A stretch of DNA of 45,545 bases from Priapulus caudatus (GCF_000485595.1 NW_014577065.1:928070-973614), one strand, 5' to 3'. Counted from the first letter of the stretch, positions 12,761 through 27,322 are shown. Numbers and translations: made by a program. The notes: a model not told the origin generated them from the sequence alone.

Positions 12761-15727
12761 TGGCTCTCTCTCTCTAGGCGAAACGCAATCATCTCATAAA
12801 ATTACAAATACGTCGAAATCGTTTTCGCTCTCATTGTACCGCGTGAATATTCTTCGCCATTGCTCGAGAAACATGGAAAATATTCACGATTGAACAAGTG
12901 ACGGCCAAATGTCTGTTTCGTATAGCGTGTCGAGCATCGGAGATGACGACGACAACAGTAACAAAAACATGTGACATGTCGATGATGTCATCGCTATGCA
13001 CCGCTTCAGCATGGGCTAAGATTTGTGCAACAGCGGTTATTCTTCATACTAATGTATATATTGAATATGTGCCATTCATTCTCGACTTCAGTGCACGTAC
13101 GCAAATATACAATCACACAAACGCACACATGCATACACACATACACACATACATACACACACATGCGTGAACATAAAAATCAACCGACCGCGCTGCTATA
13201 CCGCCACGCGGAAAATCCGCCCATGTTGCTATTGCTAAACGCCACTTCGCGATCTTTATCTCGAGCAAATTATTTTTTCCTTCGAATATTTTCTTCGAAT
13301 TCGCCATGAAAAGAGCATTTCGATCATAATGCCTGCAATCGTATCGCGATTACTCGCCGGGGAAAATTAACCGATGCGAAATTACGATGGCGTGTACGGT
13401 TGTGGGCTCGCTCACTGTTATTTACGGTGTATAAGTGCGCCATTATGCGAAAACGTTCAGGCGCTTGAATGGTGCATGGGAGAAAACTTAAAAATGCGCA
13501 GTCGTTAAAACCTCATTATCAAATCTGTCCAATTTCTGCGACGAAATTCGCTTCGTTGGTGTTTTCTATTCAATGCGAGAAACTGCTTTTGGGGCTGGCG
13601 AAATGGCTGTGGCCGCTCGTCCGCATAAAGACGTGTGAGTGTGACCATGTGAACAGAGTATTTGGCGCTCGACTGACGCGATGGCGCGGTGAGAGAGTTT
13701 AGCCGCTGCCTGCGTGCGTGCGTGTGTGCGTGGTACGTGTGTGTGCGCGTGCGTGAGTGCGGACGTGCGTGCATGTACACGTGGGTACGTACGCGTGCGT
13801 GTGCCTGTGTCTGTGTCACTGTGGGCGTGTATGCATGTGCACGTGCGTGTGTCCGTCCTTCCTTGTGTGTGTTCTAGCCGCCATGTCAAATATCTCCCAG
13901 ATCACGACACCGAGGTCTTAAGCAATCGATCACGTTTGCTCGGCCGCAGTGCGACGCTAATATCGAAGCTTAACTCGATGTGAAATTCGACAGGCATTGC
14001 AGACGCATGCGTGAAATATATATCATCCGCACGGTGCATGTGTATAAGATAGCGCGGTAGTCTATCAGTGTCTACTCCCCCATGATCCACGCGCGAGCGC
14101 CTATTCATGCCGAAACTGTTTTTGCGGGGTTTTATTCAACCGATGATCCGGAAAGGTTTCCCATGATCTATTCAAAAGAGGCCACACATAATAACCCCCC
14201 GCACACACGCACGCACACACACGTGCCTACGCAACAGATGGGCATACATTAGAGTAACCCATGCGCTTATATGCTGCTGACAGTGCCATTGCGAGTGACT
14301 TGTCACGGCGCGCGCAGGCTGCTGCCTATAGCGTGGCGAGTCAATACTGCGCAGATATGTCATCGCAGCTGATGATTACGCAAATAATCGTCGGCGTACG
14401 CGCGTCGGGCGAGAGGAATTGGTTCGCCGATGTCATTGTCTTCAATGAAGTATAATAACGCGTGATATTTAAAGGTGGCCGTCGTCAAGATTCGTCATGA
14501 TAATTATTATGATGTCGCGCGCATGCGCACGGGAGCTTCGCTGCGACTCGTGCTCATGGCGTGCGTGCGTGCGACACGAAGCGTTGGCTTTAGAAAACCG
14601 GTGAATCTCCGTCCCTCCCCACCGATCCGCTCTGATACAACCAGCGTAATTATCCGCTAATAAAAACACGCTCGGAAGACGCTAGTAGGATGCAGTCATA
14701 TAGTTGCATGTAAATAAAGAGGGTAATCGGGCTTCGATGTTCGTGCGTTTAGGAAAAAAAGAGTGGAATATAATTTCTTAATGGCGATGGCCGAAACCAA
14801 CCTCGCCGAAAGGGCTTCTAGGAATGACTAACAGACGCGCAGAGGTTCCGAATATTTCAAGTGTTGCAACTCGGTCAATACGTTAGTCAAATATTTTGGT
14901 CGTCATCATCATATGTCGTCATCGATTTGATTTCGTCATCTTCGTGGTCAATGATTTATTTTTGCTTATAATTATGTCCGCTCGTCTAAACTACGGGTCA
15001 ACGTCAAGGGTTATTTCTTATTCTTATACGGCCTTCTCCCTGACCATTACTGACAGTTACTACTGTCTCTCCTGCACTGTACTCTCTTTCTTTGCTCTCG
15101 CCCATGTTGACTGCCTCCGCTTCCATGTCGCCCGGAGTACTGATGAAGCCTTAATTGTATAGCGGCATCTTACTACGTCTAAACATGGAATATTGCATCG
15201 CGTCTATAACTCTCCACTGTCATATGACCTGGCACAGCGAGCGCCTTCGTCGCGTTTAAACTTCGCATCGTCGCTCTCGCTTCTCCCTAGCGGCGCATCT
15301 ACCACGTCGACGGGTGAGTGGTAATTCGTAAGTTGCTTTCTTGCTTATTTCGGCCCGAGGTATATAGTAGACAATGTCTGCATCTTGCTGTCACTCTCAT
15401 ATACGTAAATAACGCTCTGAGGATCGTGAACCGTGAACGGGGTCCTTTATTGGCGGACGACCATGGCAGCACATACCTTTCCCCACTGCTAGCGAGGGAC
15501 ATTCGCTTGCATGAGACGAACCGGCAAGGCGACCATTAGACCTACAATATGTTGGCATTCGCACTAGAGTAGGTCGCGCTGTCTCTCTGTCTCCCTCCTC
15601 CTCTCTATCGTTGGTACGCTCATCACTCTTTTTCTTGGTAGGTCGATCTGTTCTCTTTCTCTCAACCTAGCTTGCTCACTTTCCCTCTCTACTTCTCTCA
15701 ATCACGCGCGCTCTCTCTCTCGCGCTC

Positions 15728-15732
<5 letters not shown>

Positions 15733-15787
<55 letters not shown>
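15733..15787. repeat. (CA)n microsatellite
   Basis: Perfect AC run. Confidence 0.97.
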
Positions 15788-15788
<1 letters not shown>

Positions 15789-15943
15789 CGTGACGAGGCA
15801 CATTATGCTTCAGAGCATGTCTGTTGCACATATGCAACATAACAGAGGTGAGGGCGTCTGCGACTCTGCAGGCGGCTTCAGACCAGACGCTATATAGTCG
15901 TCGCGACTACTAGGCAAAATTATATATATATATATGTATATAT
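15788..15943 (+). repeat. ~155-bp direct duplicate of 18542-18700
   Basis: ACGTGACGAGGC...ATGCTTCAGAGCATGTCTGTTGCACATATGCAACA...CTAGGCAAAATTATATATATATATATGTATAT occurs at both places with small indels. Confidence 0.88.
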
Positions 15944-16046
15944 ATATATGTTATATATATATAGTGTTATAATATATATATATATATATATATAATATAC
16001 TGTACATACATGCCGCATCTATTCCAAACAAGAATACGGGAGTTTT

Positions 16047-16135
16047 CAGCAGCAGCAGTAGCACCACCGCCACCAGCAGCAGCAGCCCCAGTAGCGACAG
16101 CAGCAGCAGTAGCACCACCGCCACCAGCAGCAGCA
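16047..16135 (+). repeat. Tandem duplication of a CAG/CAC-rich unit, period about 51 bp
   Basis: CAGCAGCAGCAGTAGCACCACCGCCACCAGCAGCAGCA occurs twice. Confidence 0.85.
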
Positions 16136-18354
16136 AAAATCATTTGTGCTCGGCCGTGGTGCGGCAGGCTTCTAAATTCGCTTACTTCGCACATTTTCGA
16201 GCATTTGAAGCTTGGTCAACAACAGGGAGAAGCCGTCCCATTTTAATGAGGGCGACGTGTACGTTGATGTAGAGAAGCAGCGTAAGGTTTGTCGCGATAA
16301 GTGGGCTTAATAGTCGAGTCAGCGTGACGAGAAAAGGTGTACGCGTTGGCGATGGCGAGAGATGTCTCACTTTGTCTTGGGATAGCTCGAGAAAGCTATA
16401 CATATTTATGTGAGGAAGAAAGATGGCTTATTGCGATTCGTGGAGGCAGTGCTCTTGCAGCGGGATTAAATAGCGGCGTTTAGCTGTTTTTGATTTTCTA
16501 TATGAAACATTTTTGAAAACGCTGCGATTATTTATACGGCCGCGTTTATCCAGCAGACATGATCCACAAATTGATATATCTGAAATCTGCTTTACATAGC
16601 AGTTATTGCCATGTGATTAGGTATTAACTGTACCCACTCTAGAGGTTACTGATATATAGCGCAACGCGATTAACTAAACTATTACAGTTTCTCTATAGAA
16701 TCAGTTCGGAAACTAAATTAGGATTCAAAATATTCATTCCTAAAACTAGTCTCGCGTCGGGAACGACGTTATTTCAATCGTGATTTAATCATTTAAATTG
16801 TAATTGCTACACAATAATATTAATCTTTATCGCAGTAGAATATTTGTTTAGTTTCATATGTGCGGTAGCGTGAGTATGTAGCTATACTCGTTGTGTACAA
16901 ATGATACACAGCTATGAGTTATTACACTGGCGTGTATACACGTGTAATATGTTGCAGCGCCTACTCATTTCCTGCATGCGTTAGAAGGCGGTGAACAGTG
17001 CCGTCATTTGATATCGTCAATTGAAATATTTGATGGCCAATAAATGTTAATTTAAATGTAATAATATATATATATATATATTATACTATTCATGACGTTT
17101 TTGTCATTTCAAATATTCAATGTTTAATTTTCACTTTATTAAATGTCCATTTATCTACTTATTTATATATTTTGTATGGGGCCACAATGCAATTGGTTCA
17201 TAATCGTCTGCGCTGATTAGGTTGATATCCCCGCAATAGATTACCGGGGCGTCTAGTAATCCACGGCGCTCTGCGAAACCGATAGTTGTCGTAGCTACTG
17301 TTAGCGAAGGGGCGTGCCCCAATTGAATCCTCCCTCACCACTAACCACATAAATCTCACCTGAGCAAGACGCGCAAAATTAGCGCACATCGGGTGTAACC
17401 CTTTCATCGTTCATGATCAAAGGTGAGTATATCTCCTGCGTGCATTTGTATAATACCTCCGCCGCGCCTAACACACCCAGTAAGGATAAATGGAGAGGAA
17501 TCGTGCCTGCAGGCGGGGGGGGGGGGGGGGGTGAGTTGCCGTGAGCGCGACACAGAGCGAAAGGTACTGTTACCTATCCACTGAATCCTCGCCGGTTATA
17601 GAAATGCAACAGATACGCTCACGAACGGGGTGCTATGGCAAAGCGTAACAAAGCTAGGCGCGCAGAGCTCACGGCAGGTGAAATAATGCATCCTGCATGT
17701 GTGCAACCTGCTCTGTATATAAGCAGCCGTAGCGATTTTTCCCCGCTATATATCTTCAGTTCGTGATTGTTGCTATTTCGTGAGCGCCTATATACGTGTT
17801 CTGTACGCGCTGAATAGATGGGGGGATACGCGTGCGTGTCTCTGTGTCACCTAAACGTATTGAATGCGGTTGTGGTCGGTCGCCGTGGCGCATAGATGTT
17901 AGCTATATGCGACGTATTCACGCTGCAGTTTATTGTGAAAATTTTCGGCGAGTTGAGGTGCTATTTACGAGGCACTCCGTCATCGTAGCCGTGACTCAGA
18001 TGAAATATGTATTTTCAACAGTAAAGTAAATCCGCCTAAGGTCCCTAGCAGACGCGCACGCAGTGAATAAAGCCGATGTCTGATTCTTTCACGTCAAACG
18101 TTCACGTTTAAGTAAGAGAAATACCTTGAGGATCAATACGAGATGCTGCTGCTCACATATATTCAGCTCACATCGAACGACTGTCATGGACCGATTGGTT
18201 CTATATATATAGGTATGCGAAATAGAGCCATGCACAGTTATGTCGTTTATTGACTTCACGTGTCTTTTTTTATTCGAGTCCGTATGTAGTGACTGACACA
18301 TACTATATACATAAACATACATACGAACAGATCACGCGCGCATGCGAGCGCGCG

Positions 18355-18395
18355 CACGCGTACACGTACACGTACACGTACACGTACACGTACAC
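18355..18395. repeat. (CACGTA)n hexanucleotide repeat
   Basis: Tandem TACACG units. Confidence 0.9.
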
Positions 18396-19496
18396 GCACA
18401 CAGCCCATGCCAGCGCGCACTCGTGGACGCACGCATAAGCAGAACAGCATGCAGAATATCTCTTGCTATCTAAACTAACAGAAGCGCAAACCCTGTTGTC
18501 GCGATACATGACTAACTGGAGCTGTAGGTGAAGAGCAGATGACGTGACGAGGCGCATATGCTTCAGAGCATGTCTGTTGCACATATGCAACAGAGGTGCG
18601 GGCGTCTGCGACTCTGTTGCATCTGCAGCGGCTTCAGACCAGACGCGTATATAGTCGTCGCGACTGCTAGGCAAAATTATATATATATATATGTATATAT
18701 CTATATGCTCGTCGCATATTTTAAGTAGCTCTTGGCTGTGGAAGTGTAGCAATTGAGAGGATGGACAGGGAGACGAATTCACGAAATTGCTGGATGATCA
18801 TTGTGCATCATGTGTATATTAAGGTGCATAAATAGAAAAGGCGGCGCAAAATGTAAAGTGAAGTGAGGTAAATTCGCAAGTTGTATTGTAGTATCATAAT
18901 AAACTCTTGCTACATGCGATCGCTCTATTTAATGTAGCTTATTTAAATTTGTTTAAGTCTTTGTAATCCTCGAAAAATTGTTCTAGGTGTCGACTATATA
19001 GCCTAAACTAATGTCGCAGGGTGCATTAAACCTTAATAGATTACATTCTTCTAAACACCTTGTTTCGCTAGAGCGGTAATATTATAGTTTAGAGGTGCAC
19101 ACGCACTTGACACCTAATAATTACGCATCAAAATTCCGTAGTTAATTGCGGGCGATGTAATAATAAGTTGCACAGGTCTTCTAAAATATATCGCAGATAT
19201 TATACGACTTCTTAACACCTTCAGCCGCGCTGGATACGTGTTAGTAGTCTTATTCTGAAGATAAATTAACGTCGGAATACAGGTGGTCGCCATCTTGTGT
19301 AAGGGATAATTTACGAGTTGATCAGTTTTCAACGGCATTGTTTTCCGACCAGCATCTTTGTAAGATCCGTACAGTTATATATTAGGCCCATTGCCATGAA
19401 TTCCTAATGAATAATGACTAGTATTCGCGCTGTTTTACCAATATCCGGACTACATACTAGTATATAAATGAATGGACGGTTGGCTGGATTGGTGGG

Positions 19497-19556
19497 TGGA
19501 TGGATGGATGGATGGATGGATGGATGGACGGACGGACGGATGGATGGATGGATGGA
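19497..19556. repeat. (GGAT)n tetranucleotide repeat
   Basis: GGAT units with GGAC variants. Confidence 0.92.
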
Positions 19557-20812
19557 ATTTTCTGACGCGGTGATCTTCGCCGCGATGAGCATCAAGTCCA
19601 CGCCACCGATCTCAGTGTATAGCCCGTGTGTCGGACATAAACATAGGCCTATCCATATTTGTTAAATCCACTCATATTTGTAGATATAATGACGATAAAT
19701 AGGCCTTAATACGGGCGATAATTTTAGCAGTGGGTTGATGTCAGAAAAGTAGAACAGTCGAATTCCCGCGAATGTAGCCATCTAGCGGGCAAAAGCCAAA
19801 ACTTTGTTATTACCAGGTTAAACTATGCCAAATTTATACATTTTTTTATTATGCACTCAGTTGTCAGTTGAGTCTCAAAAGCAGCACAACACACACTTTT
19901 AGGGGTTCATTTTCATTCATTTGCATTTTTTAAATTGTAATTTGTCTGAGTATACATTCGGATATGATGTATAACATGGTATAAAGATTTAAGTTTGTTA
20001 AAATCAGGTGCTTTTCATCTTTTTGATAATATCATCTATGGTGACTTCACTGGTGCAGAACTCTGCCAAAATGACCAACTAATTTGGTTAAAATGAGGTG
20101 ATATCCATACGTTTGGAGAAATATTTACTATTTAAAATCTGCTCATTATTTTACGATGAGAGTGACCCTGAACTGATACCCTGCTATATTGACGGGTTTA
20201 GTTTATTGCCCTATGCATTTAGTTTAGTTTAGTTTTCATGTATTATTTTGATGTGAAGCGAATCCCAATGATAAGAGAGACACGTGACAGATGTCACCAA
20301 TTGTGTATTTAAAAGGCGAGACAAGGCTTGCAAAGCCAGAGAGGCATATTCATAATAACTTGGCGCAATTTCATAACAATGTTGTATATCCAGAAGCTTT
20401 GGCTACACAGAATCATAGAATCGTTCGAACTGTTTTTGTCAGAATATTGCTTATTGTTTGTTTCTCTGTTACGAATCTATCCTTATAGAATTAAGTAAAA
20501 AAAGTTATAAAAAGTTAAACCGAGCCAACCGCTACCCTAGAATGTCGGCTGAGAATTAGCCTTGCGTGTATACCATGCTGGTGGCAGTGTGATTACTGTC
20601 TTCTATCCATCCTGGAATCTCACCCGTAGATTGAGTCCGTGTGGCTGGATAGTGTTTAGATTGTGAATCCAGTACGCTTCTCTTTCCTTTCTGATGGGAA
20701 TCGTATGGCTGAAGAGAATTTTTTCAGAATTAAGTAAGTATGTGGCTGAATTTGCTCTTAAAAGTTGCTCCTAAGTGTTTTTCCCCGAGCAGCGCCGCGG
20801 GTACCAGGCTAG

Positions 20813-20869
<57 letters not shown>

Positions 20870-20923
20870 TGTGACTCCGTGCAGGCAGTCGTTGCGGTGC
20901 GCGTGCTGTTCGTGCGTGCGTGC

Positions 20924-20954
<31 letters not shown>

Positions 20955-20985
20955 GTGCGTGCGTGCGCGCCCGCGCGTGTGTGTA
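20813..20985. repeat. Compound (TA)n(TG)n(CGTG)n microsatellite
   Basis: Adjacent alternating purine-pyrimidine runs. Confidence 0.9.
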
Positions 20986-21841
20986 GTGAAAACTACGAAA
21001 GATGGTAGGTGTCTATATCACATCTTTTGTCAATTTCTCGTGCTGGCGCCCAGAAATTGAGTAAGAGATGCGATAAGGAGCGCTGACATTGAACAAACAA
21101 TGTCAACCATGAGAGTAGTTAACTCGTTTTCCTTCACACATGCCGCGCCGCGACCGTGCGCTGTCCGGCGCTGACGCACGACATCCTAGCGCTGCCCGGC
21201 TGCTCCCCGCCATTATGGCGTTTGATTGCTTCAGCGATGTGACAAAATTAAACCTGACAACTACACTGCTGCTCAAATATTCGAGCCGTGAGCGCGTTAA
21301 TTACCCGCGCCGCCGACGCGACGATGTTGTTTGATTTGCGCCCGTTCTCTTGTGCGGCGAATTTTTTTTCTTTGGATATATTTTCAGTCGCGTTGTTTGT
21401 TGCTTCCGATTTCGTTCACGAATCGTCGCTGCTCGTTGCGGGACGCCGAGGACGTGTTTACGGGTCACGCACTGATTCCACAAAAAAGAAGGCGGGAGTG
21501 TGTATAAGTGCACGTTGAATGTTGAAATTGTGGAGCATTTTGCTTTAATGCGGACAACAGCTCATTTTTTGATTGCTTTTCGTACTACGGGCATTGATGA
21601 TGCAGAAAAAAGGGGGAAAAATTCAGCAGAAATGAATGAATGTAAAGAGTGTTTGGAGAGCGACACAGCTTGCTATCCTATTGACGTGATTGGCAGGCAT
21701 CAATTATGTAGCTTTGCTGTCATAGCCGGTGGTTGATGCGTGGAAATTAAATCTCCTAGGTACCATTGTCTCAGCCCTTTCCCGTTATGCTTCTAGTGCG
21801 AGTCGAGAAGAAACCCTTTCTCTTTCCTTTCTCGTGTCCCA

Positions 21842-21842
<1 letters not shown>

Positions 21843-21876
<34 letters not shown>

Positions 21877-21921
21877 TTCTCTCTCTCTTTCTCTCTTTCT
21901 TTCTCTCTCTCTCTCTCTCTC
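21843..21921. repeat. (CT)n microsatellite within a pyrimidine-rich tract that runs to about 22272
   Basis: TC and TTTC runs. Confidence 0.92.
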
Positions 21922-23030
21922 GCGCGCGCAATGTATTCCTCTCTCACTCTCGCTTGCTCTCGCGTCCTCTCCTTTACTTTCTGTCAAATTATCATTGTCT
22001 CATCTAAATTATCTTTCTCACTGCTTCCCCCTCTCTCGCTCTCTCCGCGTTTCCTTTTGTCAGGCCATCTCGTACTCTGTTTCTCTACCACCCTCTCTGT
22101 CACTCGAGCCTTCCTGCTCTTGTCCACGCTCTACACTTCTTTGCCCTCGTCATTCGCTCTTCCCCTGACCTCCTACCTTCGCTGGAACCCCTCTTCCCCC
22201 TTCTCTCTTTTTACCTTTCTCTCTTTCTCTCTTCCTCATGCTTGCTGTCGCTCTCCCCCTCTCTCTCTCTCTAAATATGCTAAGTCGTCCGTTGCAGCGC
22301 AATCCGAATTTACATGCGATAATGTTCTTAACATGCCCTGAAAACCGGCGACAAGAATTTTCGATTGTGTTGCGGAGCGTGTAGCACTGTCCGGGCATGG
22401 CCGTCTCAATCGCACGCTGCTGCCATTGTGTCACGACAGCTTAACCGAGGCGGCAGCGCGCGCTGCGAGAGGGGGGCCCTGGCTACAGGCGAAATAAAAT
22501 TAGCATTTTAAGCTCTAGTTAGCATGTGAAAGAGGTAATACACGCTGGCTGAAAGGGTGCGCGTCTTAATCCCCTGTGCGACTGTGACAGGCTCTTTTGT
22601 TCCTCGTGCACTTTGTGTATTCAAATCTTGTGTAACTGTATTATCAATATAAAATGAGCTGGGAGATTGAAAAAAGCTAATGCCGTGTCCCACAGTGCTA
22701 TGATCTGTCTAGTTAATGTTCTGCCGGCGCGATGACGTGAAATTGGTTAAAAACCGCGTCGGATATATGCGCCTATTGTCGCGGAAATATCCCCCTGGAA
22801 ATTTTGAGATGGTTTGAATGTGTTTCATTTTTAATGTGCGCGGGCAAAGGCGCGAAGTCTCCAGCAATGACCGAATGACTAATGGGGGCGTGTAGGTGTC
22901 TGCAGCATCTTAAAGCCGTTCCTGAGTTTAGAGGTGCAGCGAAGCAGATATCGATGCGGCGAAGACACGAGCAGTGACCGAATGACTAATGGCAACTCAG
23001 ATGGGTGTCCGTAGCAACTTGTGTGTGCGT

Positions 23031-23037
23031 AGGTGCA

Positions 23038-23084
<47 letters not shown>

Positions 23085-23715
23085 ATGCGTGTGTGTGCGT
23101 GTGCATGCAACGACTGATTCAACATTCTTCTGGTTTCATGAAGCCCTATGTGTCCGCTGAATTCTTTGCGCCGTCAGGCAGCCAAGCAGGAAAACAGGTA
23201 GCCAGACAGACAGGCGGGTATAGGCTGACAGGCAAGCACGAACGTAGGCAAGCAGGCAAGCAGGCAAGCAGGCAAGCAGGCACGCATGAAAGCAGATGGG
23301 CAGGCAAACAGGTAGCCAGACAGCCAGGCGGGTAGGCTGACAGGCAAGCAGGCACGTGGGCACACAGGCACACAGGCAAGCAGGCACGCATGAAAGCAGG
23401 CAAGCAGGCACGAATGAAAGCAGGTGGGCAGGCAGACAGGGAGCCAGACAGGCAGGCAGGTAGGAAGTTAGACATGCAAGCAAGTAGGCAGGTAGGCACA
23501 CAGGAAGACACATGGACAGACAGGCAGCAGAAAATTAGTCAGCCCGACAGGCAGGCAGGTAGGCAAGCATTCAGGCAGGCAAGTAGACAGTCAACCAGGC
23601 AGGTAGGAAGGTAGGCTGACATGCGATCAGGCAGGGGGCAGACAAGCAAGCAGGCAGGCAAGCAGGCAGGAAAGCCGGCAGGCAGGCAAGAAGATAGACA
23701 GTGAGGCGAGCAGGA
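23031..23715. repeat. (TG)n followed by a degenerate (CAGG/CAAG)n array
   Basis: TG run at 23031-23104. GGCA, AGCA and GACA units span 23176-23715, with a longer internal duplication (AAACAGGTAGCCAGACAG twice). Confidence 0.9.
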
Positions 23716-24834
23716 AGCATTGCGCGCGTGGTTATGCGACCATTGTGCCCGCGAGAGGCTTTTCCCGAGTAGCAGCGCGTCACTTTCATCTATTCACCTT
23801 GTAATTACGACATCTGACGGCGAAATGACCGCCAGAAGCTGATGTAATGTATATGCGCTGGCGCTTGCTCTCGCTCGCGTACGGCGGGAATGCACGCACG
23901 CACGCAGGCACGCACGCACACGCACAGCCGGCACAAAGCGAGGCTGGCGCGAAAACGCTGCGCGCCTAATTTTATTATCTCACGTTACAAAGACGCTCGG
24001 CTGACGAAGTAACAAAATTGCCCAAAGGCTGCATTCTCATGCAGATTTCGTCTGATGACATCATTTAGCGCGAGGCTTTTAGCGACCTCGATGGCGACCC
24101 TGGTGTCGCGCGCTGACGTCTCAGCGGCCGCCCGCCGCAGCAGAACGCCGCGGCTACTTACGCGGTCTGCCACATGCAATCAGGGCCGGCTGACTCAGCC
24201 CTCGCTGCTTCTGGCTTCGGGGATTCGCGCCACGGCAAGACGGTGGTCGCCTTGTGTCAATGAGGGTCAGCTGTCGCCGCTGACTTCTACTCGTGGCAGC
24301 GAAATTTCCATGATTATCCTACTGTCTCTACTTGCTCGTGTTGCCTCGTATGCAGTGCAGAGCCGAGCGCCGCTGCTGCTCAGTGTGCGGCTTCCGCATT
24401 CAGCATCCTTATTCCTCGACGTCCTGGCATCCTTCGTTCCTCAGACGCTGCAGGGCATCTTCGTTCTCCAGCCTCCGCATCCGCTGGGCATTCTCGTTCC
24501 TCAGCCTCCGCATTTCCGATTTCACGCTCGGATACGATTCTCTCTCATCGCAGAGTTCGTCATCTCGAGCAGTTGTGCCCTCAGCACACCCGCGCGTGCA
24601 AAGGACTTGGGATTTGATGTCGCGTGAATTGCGCCATGTAGATGCTTTGATGTGTTGACGTTGTGCTCTCTTGGAATACGATCCTATGCGCGTCAGCGGT
24701 GAAATTGGGACACGGTAATTTGATTAATATTTGGTTAGAGGTGCTACATACAAGTACATTATACCAAATGTAATTTAACAAATAGTCGTAATCAGTGCAG
24801 CGACTTTTCCCTGAATATGTTAATAGGTAATGTC

Positions 24835-24837
<3 letters not shown>

Positions 24838-24908
<71 letters not shown>

Positions 24909-24918
24909 GACGACGCAC

Positions 24919-24956
<38 letters not shown>

Positions 24957-25114
24957 GAGAGGGAGAGAGACACCACACCGGTGCCAACGATCTCACCCCT
25001 CAATGACGCAGCGCATGTTGATCTCTAACAGGTCATATTATATATATTATATATATATATATAATATATATAATATATATATAATAATACGTGTGTTGTG
25101 TGTGTTTGTGTGTG

Positions 25115-25152
<38 letters not shown>

Positions 25153-25353
25153 TGTATGTGTGTGTGTGTGGGTGTGTGTGTGTGTGTGAGTGTGAGTGGT
25201 GTGTGTGCTGTGTGGTCGTGTGTGTGTGTGTTGTGTATGGTGTGTTGTGTGTGTGTGCTGTGTGTGTGTGTGTGTGTGCGCGTGGCGCGCGCCGTGCGTG
25301 CGTGCGTGCGTGCGTGCTGCGTGCGTGTTTTTGGTATGTGTGTATGTGTGTCG

Positions 25354-25388
<35 letters not shown>

Positions 25389-25441
25389 TGCGTGCGTGCG
25401 TGCGTGCCGTGGCGGCGTGCGTGTGTGTGTGTGTGTGTGTG
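24838..25441. repeat. (CA)n, (TA)n, degenerate (TG)n and (CGTG)n cluster
   Basis: Visible simple-repeat runs. Confidence 0.92.
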
Positions 25442-26974
25442 ATATACTAGTATCGCATATCCTCTGGATGAACGTTATGCGGTGTGGACCTGTTAACAGA
25501 TTCAATATGCGTCATTTAGGTGAACGCGAAATTCTAATTTATTCGTAAGCTCTTATTTGTCGTATCAACCGTTTCCTTTTCGATTGGGAAATGTCTTATC
25601 ACAACGGATGTTGAATATTTCGCATAGTCTTCTATTCTAATATTCCCCAAAACTAAACTACTGGTGACTCATGCAGATCATTCCAGATCAGAGAGTTCGT
25701 ACTATGTGTCGGAAGATGGCAGCACGGGTGGCATTGATGTTACTGTCAGCAGCGTCATGTGCTGAGATGTGCGCGGCTCGTGTGTCGCGCGGTTAACGGT
25801 GTATGTGCGTGCGTGCGTTCATGTGTTGTAATATATGCATGCGTGTACGTGCGCACGCTCATGCGTGTACTGGTGCTTCTGTGCTTGGTGCTTGTGCACG
25901 TGTGCGTTCAGTGCTCAAGTAATAGCCGCAGCATCATTGTTAATCATATTCCGTCACACCTGGTAATCGATCAGATGTCTGAATGCGAATACAATATTAA
26001 GTTTTACCAGCAGATCTTAATTTAATGCCGCAAATATGTTGGGCTCGCGGGAAATACTGCGCGTCTCTGTTACAATAATAATTGGCCTAGGATAACAAAC
26101 GTGAGGATGCACGCGTATTGACGCGAGCCGATGTATCATCTTATACCTCATAGCATTTGTCCTTCCCTGGAAAACTCATTAACAAGTAAACATCTGTCGT
26201 GCGCCAAGTAAGCTTAGTGTCATTTTATGCGTGTGATTTTATTTATTTTTAAATATATACATTAAAAGTTAAATGTGTACACTGTTTTGTTTTGTTTAAA
26301 ATTACACATAAACGAAAATAACGTAAGGCGATTGCTCCTGTTGTTTGCTGCTTGTCACAGGATGAATAGAAGCAGTGTATGGTACATGAGGCAAACTGCA
26401 CTTGGACGCAGTGGTCATTGATTGAACCTGAATGCGCTGTGAAATGTAGTAGCCGGCTGTGAAGTGTAATTTGTGCTGTTTGCAGAGATTAGGAAGTTTT
26501 GCTATGGCGTTTGGACAACAAATGACGATTTTTATGTGACTTCTTGTAGTAACGTGAAATTGAGTGTAAACATTAAGTATGAATGGTAAATGCTATCTAT
26601 GTTTACATGCGCTTATATCTGTTCCTTTCTCATATAAGTACAAGAATATGCTTGGCTACCAGTGGGATAGGTCGTTGTAAATCCTATGTCCGTTGCTAAG
26701 TCCGTATTTAAGCAGTGAAATTTTTACCATGAATGACATCTAATCTGTCAGGATGGAACTCTCTGTTGACTAACAAGTGTTCTATTTACTAGCAGCCATC
26801 CACCGAATATGGTGTGAGCAAGCGAGGGAACGCACATAAAAAAAGATACGGTGCGGCGTAATAATAGAATCGGAGCTTGCTGAACACTGAGCACATGCAC
26901 CTTGTTGCTTATCATCGGCTGTTGTACGTCGTCATTTCTCTCAATAGTCGGCATCGTTTGGAATACGAATTTTT

Positions 26975-27130
26975 ACACAGACACATAGACACATAGTTTT
27001 TTATATAGTTATTATAGACACATAGTATATATGTTATTATATGTTATTATATGTTATGTTATTATAGACACATAGACACATAGTTATTATAGTCTATGAG
27101 ACATAGACACATAGACAGTTTTTACACAGA
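26975..27130. repeat. Scrambled short-motif repeat (ACATAGAC / GTTATTAT) containing CATAGAC...GTCTATG
   Basis: Repeated AGACACATAG and TGTTATTATA motifs, bounded by TTTTTACACAGA on both sides. Confidence 0.7.
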
Positions 27131-27280
27131 TTCCCTTGTTTTTTTCTCTCTTTATTTTCGATGCTTACACATTTGAATGTTAGAATTCCGGCGAGGCGCG
27201 TCGGGATGCGATGTGCCGTATACGTACGCGTCGCTGGCAGGGGCTGCGGTTACCGTAGCTGCAGCCTGCATCTATCTCAC

Positions 27281-27322
27281 CAGGGGTTATAATGACAAGT
27301 TATTTGTCATTATTAACCTCTG
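27281..27322. mobile_element. Palindromic TIR-only remnant with a 7-bp TSD (putative P-superfamily excision footprint)
   Basis: CAGGGGTTATAATGACAA...TTGTCATTATTAACCTCTG is an imperfect inverted repeat. It is flanked by perfect ATCTCAC at 27274-27280 and 27323-27329. Confidence 0.72.

Noticed and set aside
19730..20540. AT-rich, transposon-like segment
   Set aside because: I could not identify convincing TIRs, a TSD or Helitron ends by eye.
22868..22992. 18-bp direct repeat TGACCGAATGACTAATGG, 107 bp apart
   Set aside because: Most simply an old degenerate tandem duplication, with no terminal repeats between the copies.
24055..24627. 190-aa ORF
   Set aside because: S/R/A/L-rich composition typical of GC-rich non-coding DNA, partly a degenerate repeat, with no recognisable domain.
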